From an uncultured virus (IMG/VR IMGVR_UViG_3300013342_000002) (Duplodnaviria; Heunggongvirae; Uroviricota; Caudoviricetes), in the IMG/VR virus record IMGVR_UViG_3300013342_000002: 64,000 nucleotides of DNA. One strand, given 5' to 3'. How positions within the stretch are numbered: position 1 is the first letter of the stretch; every line of letters begins with the position of its first letter. The notes under the pieces were generated by a model. That model was not told the origin of the DNA, searched no databases, and saw only the letters and a program-made list of their open reading frames with translations. Position numbers and translations under genes: made by a program. Shown one piece after another: positions 38,378-47,357 of the stretch.

Positions 38378-38379
38378 TC

Positions 38380-39414
38380 TCAGCGCGTGGGCGTCGACTT
38401 GTGACCGCGGCGCTTGCGGGTGTAATGCTCGGTCATCGACACCGTGGTGTGGCCCAGCTGCTGCTGCGCCTTGCGAATGTCGCCCGACGATTCGGCCTTG
38501 TCGGTGGCCGCCTTTGCACGCAGGTCGCGGAACTGCACACCCTCGATTCCGGCGGCAGCGCAGGCCTTCGCCCAGCGCCTGGACATGCCGTCCACGCTCA
38601 CGGCATCGCCGCGCTCGCTGACGATCAGCAGGGTGTTGCGCACGGCATGGCCAGCCTTGCGCGCGCGTAGGCGCTCCAGCAGCACCGCCAGCTCGCCCTC
38701 GACGGCGATGCGAAGCTTGGCCTTGGTCTTCCCCTGGCGGATGTTGATCACCCCGTCTCGCACGTCCATCTCGGTCAGCGACAGCACGTCTGCCGGCCGC
38801 TGGCCGATCAGATAGGCCAGGTCCATGGCGTCCTGCACCACGACGTCGGCAGCGGCCCGGATCGCCTGGTACTGGTCGTCCTCGATGTAGACGTCCCGAC
38901 CGGTCTCCTTGAACCCCTTGATGCCGGCGCATGGGTTGGGCAGGGCGGTGTAGCCCTTGTCGCGCGCGAAGTTCCAGATGTGCGACAGCAGCGCCTTTTC
39001 GCGGTTGGCGCGCACCATGCCCTTGCCGCTGGCGGTGCGCCAGGTGAGGTACTGGCGAACCGTGATGGGCTTGATCGAGTCGAGCGGTGCCGGCGGGTCG
39101 TCGAAGTACTCCAGCAGCTTGGCCAGTTCGTGCCCGTTGTCCAGCTGCGTGCGCGGGGCCTTATGGATGATGACCTCCTTTCGGTACGCATCGCTCACCT
39201 GCCGGAAGGTGATTACGGCCACGGCCTGTGCCTCGCGCGTGCCTTCCAGCTCGGCCCACTTCTTCACCGCCAGCGCGTAGTTGCTGCCCAGCGGGATCTC
39301 GACACGCGGCTTGCCACCCTTGTCGTAGTAGTAGAACACCACGCCCGACTTCTGCTTGCGCTGGCGCAGCCGGGGAATCGCCCCTGGCTTCTTCGGCTTC
39401 CTACCCATCGTCAT
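38380..39414 (-). CDS. int: integrase (lambda Int-like, arm-binding N-domain)
   Basis: GQRPADVL, QGKTK, RDLRAKA, LGH..TEHY. Confidence 0.95.
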   Translation of the reverse strand: MTMGRKPKKPGAIPRLRQRKQKSGVVFYYYDKGGKPRVEIPLGSNYALAVKKWAELEGTREAQAVAVITFRQVSDAYRKEVIIHKAPRTQLDNGHELAKLLEYFDDPPAPLDSIKPITVRQYLTWRTASGKGMVRANREKALLSHIWNFARDKGYTALPNPCAGIKGFKETGRDVYIEDDQYQAIRAAADVVVQDAMDLAYLIGQRPADVLSLTEMDVRDGVINIRQGKTKAKLRIAVEGELAVLLERLRARKAGHAVRNTLLIVSERGDAVSVDGMSRRWAKACAAAGIEGVQFRDLRAKAATDKAESSGDIRKAQQQLGHTTVSMTEHYTRKRRGHKSTPTR

Positions 39415-39659
39415 GCCACCTTGTTCGACCGCCACTCGGCTACGGCGACGGCCTTCTCGGTTGCCGCATCCGCGCCGCCTTCCAGGGTGGCCCACAGCAC
39501 ACGCGGCCAACCATCCAGCCCCTTGTAGTGGGGAATCCCGTTCAGCACCAGAAACTCCTGCTGGCGGTCCCTATAGGGCGTGCCGCACAGCTCCCGCATC
39601 GACTCCCGGGACAGGCACAGTGCGCCTGCGCCCGGGTTGGCCTGCTTCTTCGTGGCCAT
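39411..39659 (-). CDS. excisionase-like (DUF4224-like)
   Basis: LSRESMRELCG..QQEFL..NGIPH....GWPRV; coupled to int. Confidence 0.75.
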   Translation of the reverse strand: MATKKQANPGAGALCLSRESMRELCGTPYRDRQQEFLVLNGIPHYKGLDGWPRVLWATLEGGADAATEKAVAVAEWRSNKVA

Positions 39660-39670
39660 GGTGTCCTCCT

Positions 39671-39853
39671 TCAGTTCGTGGCCAGCGCAGCGCGCAGCTG
39701 CTCGGTGGCCTGGTGAATCTGGCCGCGCAGGCGCAGAACCTCAGCGCGCAGGCGGATCACTTCATCGGCTGCGACCACCAGCTGCTCGCGCAGCACGTCC
39801 TTGGCCGGCTGCTTCATGCGGCGCGGTTCGCGGGGGAAGAGCTGCGGTTTCAT
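39671..39853 (-). CDS. hypothetical protein
   Basis: Coupled short coiled-coil ORF. Confidence 0.55.
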   Translation of the reverse strand: MKPQLFPREPRRMKQPAKDVLREQLVVAADEVIRLRAEVLRLRGQIHQATEQLRAALATN

Positions 39854-40137
39854 CGGCGATCCTTGTGTCGCACGGCAGGGTCGATGCCGTACGTGTCGGC
39901 CAGGGCGCTGGTGAGCCGATACGCCGTCGCTCGGCTCACGCGGAATCGGGCGATTACCTCTTCGGTGGTCGGAAACTTCTCCTGTTCGTGCGCCCACTTC
40001 ATGAAAATCATGATCGACCGCATGTAGCCGTAGCCCGAGAGGTCGTGCTTCGCTCGGCGGACCTTGACCACTGGCGGCATCGAGGCGTCGGCGGAGAAGT
40101 CCCGCGCGCCGAGTCCCATAGACGGTGAGAAGTTCAT
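39850..40137 (-). CDS. HTH protein
   Basis: PTTEEVIARFRVSRATAYRL. Confidence 0.65.
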   Translation of the reverse strand: MNFSPSMGLGARDFSADASMPPVVKVRRAKHDLSGYGYMRSIMIFMKWAHEQEKFPTTEEVIARFRVSRATAYRLTSALADTYGIDPAVRHKDRR

Positions 40138-40457
40138 GCGAACAGGTCCAGTTGGGCCGGTAGCGCCGGTGGCAGGGTGGGGGAAGCGGACGCAACGGTG
40201 GTCCCAGCTCCAACCAACCCGAGTTCCTCCATCCGCACCAGATGCCGCGCCGCGTAGTTCTCGTTGTTCCTGATGAACCATGAGAGCCGGGCGGCCCGAA
40301 ATCTGTCCCCGGCGTGGCCACGCAGTAGCAGGGCTTCTCGCTCTTTGCGCAGCTCCCGGATGTGATGGACCGTTTGGGAGTGCGCACCGGGCAGTCGCCG
40401 GCGGTCGTATTCGTCCTCATCGAGGGACAACACGCTGACTGTGTTGCGGGCGGTCAT
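40134..40457 (-). CDS. hypothetical protein
   Basis: Coupled ORF ending QLDLFA (sliding-clamp-binding-like motif). Confidence 0.6.
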   Translation of the reverse strand: MTARNTVSVLSLDEDEYDRRRLPGAHSQTVHHIRELRKEREALLLRGHAGDRFRAARLSWFIRNNENYAARHLVRMEELGLVGAGTTVASASPTLPPALPAQLDLFA

Positions 40458-40645
40458 CGTGCACCGCCCGTGGCGTGCGCCATCACCCGCTGCGCCTCGG
40501 CCATGTCGCCGCGCGCCAGCGCCTGCAGGGCCAGGCCACGGGCCTCCCATGCGCGCACGGTTGCCGGCCGAGCCGAGTCGAGGTCGACCCCGGACATGCT
40601 GGCCAGCTGCCTGCCGACCTCGCGGTGGTCGATTGCCTCAGCCAT
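40454..40645 (-). CDS. hypothetical protein
   Basis: GGAGG RBS, coupled. Confidence 0.55.
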   Translation of the reverse strand: MAEAIDHREVGRQLASMSGVDLDSARPATVRAWEARGLALQALARGDMAEAQRVMAHATGGAR

Positions 40646-40790
40646 GAGCGCACCTCCGCCAGCACCAGCGCAGCCCTGCGCGTGCGGCGCGGCATGCTCG
40701 GCTGATCGCCCACAGGGTGGCGATGCCGGCCAGGAGCCCGGCCAGGGCAAACACGTGGACCATTGCAGCGGTGAGCAGCTGGTCAGCCAT
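40638..40790 (-). CDS. small TM protein
   Basis: Single hydrophobic segment, overlapping neighbours. Confidence 0.5.
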   Translation of the reverse strand: MADQLLTAAMVHVFALAGLLAGIATLWAISRACRAARAGLRWCWRRCAHG

Positions 40791-41031
40791 GGGCGCTGTC
40801 CTTCGCAATGGCGCGCAGTTTGGCCTTGCAGACTCGACAGCAAGCGTCCTGCGTGTCCGGGTCCAAGTACCAGGCCACCTGCTCAGGATTGAGCGGCATG
40901 TAATCCCCGGTGCTCCACATATGGTGCGAGTTGCGCAGCTGCATTCCGCAAAGCGCCGGCTCGTCGTCAATCACCAGGTGCGTCTTCCGGGCGTTCCCAT
41001 GCGTGTTGAAGATCGGCGCAAACTCAGCCAT
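40783..41031 (-). CDS. Cys/His-rich hypothetical protein
   Basis: TH..ALCG..CCRVC. Confidence 0.6.
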   Translation of the reverse strand: MAEFAPIFNTHGNARKTHLVIDDEPALCGMQLRNSHHMWSTGDYMPLNPEQVAWYLDPDTQDACCRVCKAKLRAIAKDSAHG

Positions 41032-41632
41032 TGCCCACCGCCTGGCTGTCGATGACGCGCCGCGCAGCCTGCAGGTCTATGTCGTTGGCTTCCATCACAT
41101 CGACCGGATCGCAGGTGCCGCCAAGATCCCGGATGCGATCCCGGCCGGATTCCAGCAGACGCACGTAGGCTCGATACAGCGCCTTGAAGTCGGCCAGGTC
41201 CACGGCCTGCGCGCGCGGGGCCTTCCAGTGGCCTGCGCCATCGTCCACCCACGTCCATCCAGTGGCGGCAAGCAAGGCAGCGGCTGCGGCGTTCTTGCGC
41301 GCATCATCGACGTCATCCATTGCGGTCCTGATCGACCGCTTGGCAGGGAACGCCGAGTGATCAGCCGCGCACTCCTTCCAGCGAGCATCAGGATCAATGC
41401 CCAGGTGAGCCCACAGCGATGCCAGCGCGGCCGAAGGCTTCCGACCACCATTCGGGTAGATGGAGACTTCTGCGCTGCCGCCTTTCCGATGCCGGCGGAC
41501 GTGGTGCACCTCTCGAATCCAGCGCTTGCTGCCGTCCACGTTGCTGGTCACGATGAAGGTTGCTTCGCCAACCGTGATGCGGTGCCTACGGGCCCGCTGC
41601 GGCGGGTAGTCGGGATAGTCGCTCTTGCTCAC
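41024..41632 (-). CDS. hypothetical protein
   Basis: GTGA-coupled ORF. Confidence 0.6.
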   Translation of the reverse strand: MSKSDYPDYPPQRARRHRITVGEATFIVTSNVDGSKRWIREVHHVRRHRKGGSAEVSIYPNGGRKPSAALASLWAHLGIDPDARWKECAADHSAFPAKRSIRTAMDDVDDARKNAAAAALLAATGWTWVDDGAGHWKAPRAQAVDLADFKALYRAYVRLLESGRDRIRDLGGTCDPVDVMEANDIDLQAARRVIDSQAVGNG

Positions 41633-42426
41633 TGGCCACCTTCCTTGGCCGCGCGCGCGGCGAGATAGTCGCCCAGCACCGTGCCGGATTGGTCCGCAGC
41701 CAAGACGTTTCCGCATCGTTCGCCAATCCCCACGCTGCGGTCGCCTTCGTCGAATGCGCCCTGGAAGCGGAGCAGCGGCTTCTCATGCCATTCGTCCGGC
41801 AGCAGATGATCCAGAACGCCCTCACCGAGGCTGGTGCTCAGCTCGCGGACTTCGTGGAACTCATGCAGACGGCCGTTGTCCCATGCCAGCCCTGCGCAGG
41901 TCTGGCAGATGACCACCTCGCCCGTGCGGTCGCAGTTGGTGCAGGCATAGCCCACCGGCTCCCCCACCGGCTTGCGGGCGGCGAGGACGGCCTGCAGTTC
42001 GGCCGCGTGTCGCATCGTGCAGTTCGCGATCTTCTGGCACAGCAGGTTGTCGCTGACTCCGATCTCCTCGGCGTGGTTGCGCCACCGGGCGACCAGCGAT
42101 TCCAAAAGCGCATCCCCATGACCACCCGGGGAGGGCTGGGCGGAGAGGGCGCGCGTATTCCAGTGTTCTGCCATCGAGGTCCGCAGCCAATCGATTCCGT
42201 AGCGGAGGGTGCGCTGGTTCCGCTGGATGCATCCCATGCTCTTGCACTTCAGGGTCAGCCCGTTGTCCTTGTACGGCACGAACTCGGCACCGTTTCCGCA
42301 GAACGGACAGGGGAGCAGCTCGCGTGCCCACGCCTGAAATTCATGCCGATCCAGCTCGGCCTGATCCCCCAGCCTCACCCTACCACCGGGCTGCACGTCC
42401 GCCAGGGTCTTGTTGTTGGTGGTCAT
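41629..42426 (-). CDS. Lar (restriction alleviation)-domain protein
   Basis: ELLPCPFCG..C...C..HWNTRA. Confidence 0.7.
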   Translation of the reverse strand: MTTNNKTLADVQPGGRVRLGDQAELDRHEFQAWARELLPCPFCGNGAEFVPYKDNGLTLKCKSMGCIQRNQRTLRYGIDWLRTSMAEHWNTRALSAQPSPGGHGDALLESLVARWRNHAEEIGVSDNLLCQKIANCTMRHAAELQAVLAARKPVGEPVGYACTNCDRTGEVVICQTCAGLAWDNGRLHEFHEVRELSTSLGEGVLDHLLPDEWHEKPLLRFQGAFDEGDRSVGIGERCGNVLAADQSGTVLGDYLAARAAKEGGQ

Positions 42427-42641
42427 GCGGATGCTCCCTTCTTCGTGCGGCTGTCGTGGCCACCCTCGACCACCTGGCGGCGGCTGATGGTGGATCGGTC
42501 GATGGGGGTGTTGCCGAGGTGCTGGACCTTGCCGCCCGAGCGCAGGAACCGCGCCACGTCGGTGGCCAGCTCGGCCCGCTGGCGGTCCTTCTCGGCCTGT
42601 GTGGCCAGGTCGAAGGTCGGCTGTACGTGGATGCTGGTCAT
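42423..42641 (-). CDS. hypothetical protein
   Basis: VARFLRSGGKVQ motif; coupled. Confidence 0.65.
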   Translation of the reverse strand: MTSIHVQPTFDLATQAEKDRQRAELATDVARFLRSGGKVQHLGNTPIDRSTISRRQVVEGGHDSRTKKGASA

Positions 42642-42844
42642 GCGGTCTTCTCCAACGTTTCTAGTAGCGAGTCCGCGACGCGGACAGACTCCTCACCGAT
42701 CCAACCCATCGGTCCATTCCATGCCTTGCCGCTTGCGAGAAGCCCCTGCATCGCCATCGCGGCGAACAGCTCGCGCTTGGTCAGTCCACTCGGTGCATTC
42801 ATCCGGCCTTCGGAGGGGTAGGCCGGCTTGGTTCGATTCGTCAT
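42638..42844 (-). CDS. phage hypothetical protein
   Basis: PAYP..GLTKRELFAAMAMQGLL..ADSLL motif common in phage early genes. Confidence 0.7.
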   Translation of the reverse strand: MTNRTKPAYPSEGRMNAPSGLTKRELFAAMAMQGLLASGKAWNGPMGWIGEESVRVADSLLETLEKTA

Positions 42845-43062
42845 GCGTGGCTCCTGAAAGGCTCGCGCCGCACTGGGCCGAACCAGAGATTGACGTGATT
42901 GTTTAGATGGACCTGCAGCGGATCGCGGCGCAGGGGGCGCAGCGGGTCGTGCAGGCGGCGATCTGTGTTTAGGCACCAGCCGCACGCGGCTTGGCGTTTG
43001 CCGTTCACCAGCGGGAAGGACTTCAATTGCAGCCGGGCCGCACACTTCGTGCAGTTCTTCAT
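42841..43062 (-). CDS. Zn-finger hypothetical protein
   Basis: CTKC..CGWC. Confidence 0.6.
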   Translation of the reverse strand: MKNCTKCAARLQLKSFPLVNGKRQAACGWCLNTDRRLHDPLRPLRRDPLQVHLNNHVNLWFGPVRREPFRSHA

Positions 43063-43280
43063 GGCTGCTCCAGGCGCGGCTTGCTGAGGTTCGCCCAGGT
43101 GAGCGGGTAGGGGCCGCGACGCACGCGCTTATCGGCGGTGGTCTTCGAAACGCCCAGCTGCTCGGCGATCTCGCGCATGGTGTAGCGCTTGCCGTCCACC
43201 ACCCGGGCAAACAGCGCTGCCTTGGCCTTGCCGCCGCGCACGGTGCCGATGTGGTTGAACTTGTAGTTGAGACCCCTCAT
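43059..43280 (-). CDS. HTH protein
   Basis: TMREIAEQLGVSKTT. Confidence 0.7.
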   Translation of the reverse strand: MRGLNYKFNHIGTVRGGKAKAALFARVVDGKRYTMREIAEQLGVSKTTADKRVRRGPYPLTWANLSKPRLEQP

Positions 43281-43894
43281 GCCGCCACCTGCAGGCCGAA
43301 TGCCTTGCGTGCAGCGTGGTACTCGCGCAAGAACCGCTCCAGGTGTCCCTGCAGCTTCTCTGTGAAGCCGTCAGGGCGGACACGCACGATCAGTGGGTCA
43401 TATCCCGGGCAGTAGGACATGAAGTCCCAATACTCGCGCCCGGTGATGATGAGGCTGCCGTGCACCTGCGGCTTGTGTTCGTCCGGTACGCCGCCAGCGC
43501 GCAGCCACTTCACGTGGGTGGGGCCGTCTGGGCATTTGATTTCCAGCCCACCGTCCAGCTGGATCAAGCTGTCCGGGCTGCAGCCGAGCGTGCCGGCATC
43601 GTTGAGGATGAATCCGACCTGCTGGGGCACCACCTCGCGGTCGAAGGCGTACAGCTCGCGCGCGTCGTCTTCGAGGAACTCGCCGCGCTCAGTGTGCCGA
43701 TTGCCGGTGAAGGACTGGCCGGCGTCCGGGCGCACAACCTCGTCGATCAGCTGGTTGATGTAGGTGTCAGCGGCGGCCGCGTACTCGCCCTTCTTGGGGG
43801 TGATGATGCTGCCGAACTCGCTGGCGGTCGGCACGCCGCGGCGGGCGGCGTACCATTCCGGCGATCGCTGTTCGAAGGTCAGGATCTGCGCCAT
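43277..43894 (-). CDS. lambda exonuclease / YqaJ family
   Basis: EQRSPEW..RG.PTAS, GCSPD, LEIKCP, PQV. Confidence 0.92.
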   Translation of the reverse strand: MAQILTFEQRSPEWYAARRGVPTASEFGSIITPKKGEYAAAADTYINQLIDEVVRPDAGQSFTGNRHTERGEFLEDDARELYAFDREVVPQQVGFILNDAGTLGCSPDSLIQLDGGLEIKCPDGPTHVKWLRAGGVPDEHKPQVHGSLIITGREYWDFMSYCPGYDPLIVRVRPDGFTEKLQGHLERFLREYHAARKAFGLQVAA

Positions 43895-43897
43895 GGG

Positions 43898-44650
43898 TCA
43901 GTCCTTCGGCTTGGTCGCTGCTGCGGCGCGGTTGAAGGCCTCCCGCACTTCCGGCGGCAGGTTGGTCGGCTTGCCGCCGTAGGCCTGCAGCACCTCGGCC
44001 TTGCGCTTCGTGTAGTCCTCGTAGGACTGCAGGCCGTCCGCCACCTGCACCCATTCCTGGGCGACCTCGCGCGCGATGCGCTGGTGCTCGTTCTCGCCGG
44101 CAGCGTTGCCGTCGTCGTCGTCGCCGATCGTCAGGTTGAAAATCATCATCACCAGGTAGCGCCGACCGTAGCTGATGGCCGAGCCGCGCCCGTGCGTGGT
44201 GGTTTTGTTCTTCTCGCCCTTGATGCCGACGTTGTCGATCGGGGCGTCGTAGGTGTAGGTCTTCGAGTACCCGCCGTCGTGCATCACATCGCAGACGATG
44301 CCCACGTGATCGGCCAGCTCCGAGCGGTCGGTGCCGAACGACAGGGAGAAGCCGTGGCGGGTATAGATCGGGGTGATCAGCCGGTTGATATCCTCGAGCA
44401 GCGCATACCGGCTGTTGGTCTGCTTGTTCTTGCCGCGCTTCTGGATCGCCGGCATTTCCTTCTGGCAGGCCTTCATGGCGTCCGCATAGGCGCGGGCTGC
44501 ATCGCGGTCCTGCATTTCCTTGTGCATTTCCCACATGCGTTCCAGGCGGTCGACACCCTGCTCGGGCATCATCAGTGCCTGCTGCAGCACTGCTGCAAGG
44601 CCAGTCGCCTGCTGGCCCTCGCTGGATTCGATGGTGACGATCTGGTTCAT
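43898..44650 (-). CDS. erf: ERF-family ssDNA annealing protein
   Basis: YALLEDI..GSAISYGRRY..DDDGN. Confidence 0.92.
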   Translation of the reverse strand: MNQIVTIESSEGQQATGLAAVLQQALMMPEQGVDRLERMWEMHKEMQDRDAARAYADAMKACQKEMPAIQKRGKNKQTNSRYALLEDINRLITPIYTRHGFSLSFGTDRSELADHVGIVCDVMHDGGYSKTYTYDAPIDNVGIKGEKNKTTTHGRGSAISYGRRYLVMMIFNLTIGDDDDGNAAGENEHQRIAREVAQEWVQVADGLQSYEDYTKRKAEVLQAYGGKPTNLPPEVREAFNRAAAATKPKD

Positions 44651-44727
44651 GGCTGCTCTGCTGGTAGGTGGAATAGGTGCCCGGCTCTCGGAGCCGCCGC
44701 CGGGCGGGCGGGTGCGTCCTTGCGGGG

Positions 44728-44919
44728 TTATGCGGCGTTGACCACGATGGGATGCTCGAAGGCATCAATCCGATGCTTTGCGCGCTGCACGAACACGTCG
44801 CACCATCCTTCGGGCGTATTGGCTTCGTGGTAGCGCTGGGGGCCGTCTGCGATGCGCTCACAAGCGATCTTGAGAGCCTGCTTCAACACTTCGACTTCGT
44901 TGTAATCGGGCACGGTCAA
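44728..44919 (-). CDS. hypothetical protein
   Basis: AGGAG RBS, 63-aa ORF. Confidence 0.5.
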   Translation of the reverse strand: MTVPDYNEVEVLKQALKIACERIADGPQRYHEANTPEGWCDVFVQRAKHRIDAFEHPIVVNAA

Positions 44920-44988
44920 CTCCTTTGGATGGATAGATGCCGGCGTCGTGGAATCCCGGCCGGCGCGGGGCCCGTGAGGGCGGGGTTG

Positions 44989-45330
44989 TTAGGTCGCTGG
45001 CGTCGGAATCCCAGCGGGGCATCTGCCGACCGGAATTTCGGTTGCGTTTGGATCGGTGATCCCACGGTTGAACCGGATGTCGTCAACCAGCAAAGTCGCG
45101 CGCCGCATGTGCTCTTCGTTGATCACTTCGAAGTCTCTGTCGTCGCCTTCTTCGCAGCTGTCTTTCCAGTAGTCGAACCACCACTGGATGGCGCCAGCTC
45201 TGTCACAGATTGGGCAGCAGCGAAGCTCATCGTTGAGGTAGTCGCTGTCGGCGTCGTGCAGATAGCCATCAACGCAGTACGAATCGGGGTAGCGGCCTGC
45301 ACCGAATTCGTATCCTTGGTAGTTGCACAT
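44989..45330 (-). CDS. hypothetical protein
   Basis: MCNYQGYEFGA..YPDS.C.DGYL.DAD..CPIC. Confidence 0.65.
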   Translation of the reverse strand: MCNYQGYEFGAGRYPDSYCVDGYLHDADSDYLNDELRCCPICDRAGAIQWWFDYWKDSCEEGDDRDFEVINEEHMRRATLLVDDIRFNRGITDPNATEIPVGRCPAGIPTPAT

Positions 45331-45364
45331 GGCGAATTCCTGTTCTCGTTTCTGCGAGGGAGGG

Positions 45365-45508
45365 TCAGCCGCGCACGCTGCTGGTTGCAGCCCATCGGGC
45401 TTTGGCAGCGTCACGGTCGGTGTGGGCCTGGTGGATCTCGGCGATGCGCAGCGGCACAACGACGGCGGCGAACAGCGCGACGGCGGCCCAGGCGATTCGG
45501 AGGCGCAT
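45365..45508 (-). CDS. small single-TM protein, 47 aa (not in ORF track)
   Basis: MRLRIAWAAVALFAAVVVPLRIAEIHQAH; TGATG overlap; homologous to 899-1153. Confidence 0.65.
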   Translation of the reverse strand: MRLRIAWAAVALFAAVVVPLRIAEIHQAHTDRDAAKARWAATSSVRG

Positions 45509-45729
45509 CACTGGCGACTCCTCAGCATGTCAACGACCTTCCCATTGACGATGCAGTAGCTGCTATTGCCCTTGCCGCGCATACGTTCCCCGCCAGCCTC
45601 GGCACACTTCTGGCGAACCTCGCGGCCCTGCTTGATCGACATCGTCAGGCCGAAGATGGAGAAGAGGAGCAAGCAGCCCATCAGGGCCATCAGGACGGCG
45701 AAAACGAGGTCTGATGAGTTACGGCGCAT
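45508..45729 (-). CDS. small membrane-anchored protein
   Basis: TM then C...GG......C; GGAGGA RBS. Confidence 0.6.
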   Translation of the reverse strand: MRRNSSDLVFAVLMALMGCLLLFSIFGLTMSIKQGREVRQKCAEAGGERMRGKGNSSYCIVNGKVVDMLRSRQ

Positions 45730-45871
45730 CCTGGTCCTCCTCCACGCACAGGCCGTCCACGGACTCCCGGTTGCGTTGTTCGCGGGCTTCCGCCAGCGAC
45801 ATCGGCGGGGCGATTGGCGGCAGGCAGAACTGGTCGGCGAAGGCCGCGTCCAGCTGGTCAAACGGGTTCAT
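45719..45871 (-). CDS. hypothetical protein
   Basis: GGAG RBS, overlapping neighbours. Confidence 0.5.
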   Translation of the reverse strand: MNPFDQLDAAFADQFCLPPIAPPMSLAEAREQRNRESVDGLCVEEDQDAP

Positions 45872-46130
45872 GGGGCGTCTCCGGTTCGCAGGCGGCCAGT
45901 GCGGCGCGCAGGCACTCCTCGGCGTGGAGCAAGTCGGTGAAGTCGCTGGCACTCAGTACGGCGCGGGCCGCGTCGAAGACCTTCGCGACGCGGTGATCCT
46001 CGGCGCGCAGCTCGTTGAACAGTTCGGCGTGGGCCTTCGCCACTCGCTCCCGGCGGACGCTCGCGCTGTTCTCGACGTCCGTGGCCTCGCAGACAAGCAG
46101 GCCCAGCAGGGTCATGGTGCGCGGCGTCAC
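45858..46130 (-). CDS. hypothetical protein
   Basis: GTGA-coupled ORF. Confidence 0.55.
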   Translation of the reverse strand: MTPRTMTLLGLLVCEATDVENSASVRRERVAKAHAELFNELRAEDHRVAKVFDAARAVLSASDFTDLLHAEECLRAALAACEPETPHEPV

Positions 46131-46243
46131 GACAGCACCGCCTGTACCGTCACGGTGAAGGCCACACCGAGGCAGAAGGCCAGCAGGTAGCCCGAAGCCA
46201 GCTTCAGCGCCTGGAAGTGCAGGGCTCGGTCTGCGGCGGTCAT
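46127..46243 (-). CDS. 38-aa TM peptide (not in ORF track)
   Basis: MTAADRALHFQALKLASGYLLAFCLGVAFTVTVQAVLS; fills operon gap with overlaps both sides. Confidence 0.55.
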   Translation of the reverse strand: MTAADRALHFQALKLASGYLLAFCLGVAFTVTVQAVLS

Positions 46244-46713
46244 GCGGCCACCTGCTGCAGTGCGCGGGCCGTGTCGTTGGCGCACATCTGCGCCCGGGCC
46301 AGCATGTCGACCGCAGCCAGACCGCTGCAGGGGCGCATGGCGCGCATCCGGTACAGGCGGTATGCGTGCAGGCGGTCAGCCGCCCGGCGCTCGCTCATGG
46401 CCCAGCTGAAGCGGCCCTTGCGGTACTTCGCCATCAGCAGCAGCGGGTCGATCTGGCCGTCGGCAATCTCGCCTTCGCCGCCACAGCGGCCGCAGGCCAC
46501 GCCGTACTCGCATTGCGGATCGCCGCTGGCGCTGTCGTTGCGGACGCGTTCGCCGCTGCCGTCACAGTCCGGGCAGGTGATGAAGCCATTGGCCGGGTGC
46601 AGCGGCAGGCTGCGCTCTTCCCGGCTCAGCTCGCTGGAACGCTTGTGGTCGCGGACCGACGCATAGCCGGTCCGGGTGGTCGAGCGGGGCAGTCCGAATG
46701 CGATGGCGGCCAT
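46240..46713 (-). CDS. DnaJ-type Zn-finger protein, first PL gene
   Basis: CPDCDGSG..CGRCGGEG. Confidence 0.7.
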   Translation of the reverse strand: MAAIAFGLPRSTTRTGYASVRDHKRSSELSREERSLPLHPANGFITCPDCDGSGERVRNDSASGDPQCEYGVACGRCGGEGEIADGQIDPLLLMAKYRKGRFSWAMSERRAADRLHAYRLYRMRAMRPCSGLAAVDMLARAQMCANDTARALQQVAA

Positions 46714-46757
46714 CTTCGTCTCCAAGCCGCTCCCGGGAGTGGGTGTGTCGCGGCGTT

Positions 46758-46803
46758 GGAGTAAGTAAAGCGCCGCTTTAGTTCAAAGTCAAGCGGCGCT
46801 TTA
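46758..46803 (-). promoter_or_regulatory. PL (TTGACT-17-TTTACT) with two 15-bp operators
   Basis: TAAAGCGCCGCTTTA 46766-46780; TCAAGCGGCGCTTTA 46789-46803. Confidence 0.8.
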
Positions 46804-46844
46804 GAAAAAGTTGAGAAATTTTTCGCTGCCCTTGGGCCGGCCAC

Positions 46845-46871
46845 AAAAAAGCCCGCTCAGAGCGGGCTTTT
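46845..46871. terminator. bidirectional intrinsic terminator
   Basis: A6-GCCCGCT-CAG-AGCGGGC-T4. Confidence 0.8.
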
Positions 46872-46889
46872 ATTGGCGCGGCGGAGGCT

Positions 46890-47357
46890 TTAGGGCGTGG
46901 GTTCGACCGGCAGGAGATAGGCGGCGAGGACAAGCTGGTTGGCCAGCGGGTACTGGTAGTCCCTGTAGGCCTTGATCCCAGCGTCCATCGTCGCCTTGTA
47001 CCCGTCGCGCCCTGCGCGCTGGCGAATCGCTTCCATCTGGGCGTCCCAGGTGAAGGCGGAGGCGACAGAGCGGGCCTCCTCATCGGGCAGCCCCAACTGC
47101 ATCCAGATTGATTGCAGTCGCTGGACTGCCTTCACCTGCAGCTCTGCTGCATCGGCCTCTTGCCGAGCGCGTATTGCGTCCTGGCGCGCGCCCTCCAAGA
47201 GGATGCGTCGCTCGTATTCGCGGTCATAGGCCTCTTGGCTGCTCCCGAAGACTGCCTGGCCAAGAGCGGCGCCAGCTCGTCTGTACCCATCCTGTGCCCA
47301 AGCTACTGACGGCGCAGCCAGGGCCAGCAGGATCAGTCCTCCCAGCTTCCGATCCAT
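46890..47357 (-). CDS. exported protein co-transcribed with cI
   Basis: Signal peptide ending VAWA; overlaps cI 3' end. Confidence 0.7.
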   Translation of the reverse strand: MDRKLGGLILLALAAPSVAWAQDGYRRAGAALGQAVFGSSQEAYDREYERRILLEGARQDAIRARQEADAAELQVKAVQRLQSIWMQLGLPDEEARSVASAFTWDAQMEAIRQRAGRDGYKATMDAGIKAYRDYQYPLANQLVLAAYLLPVEPTP

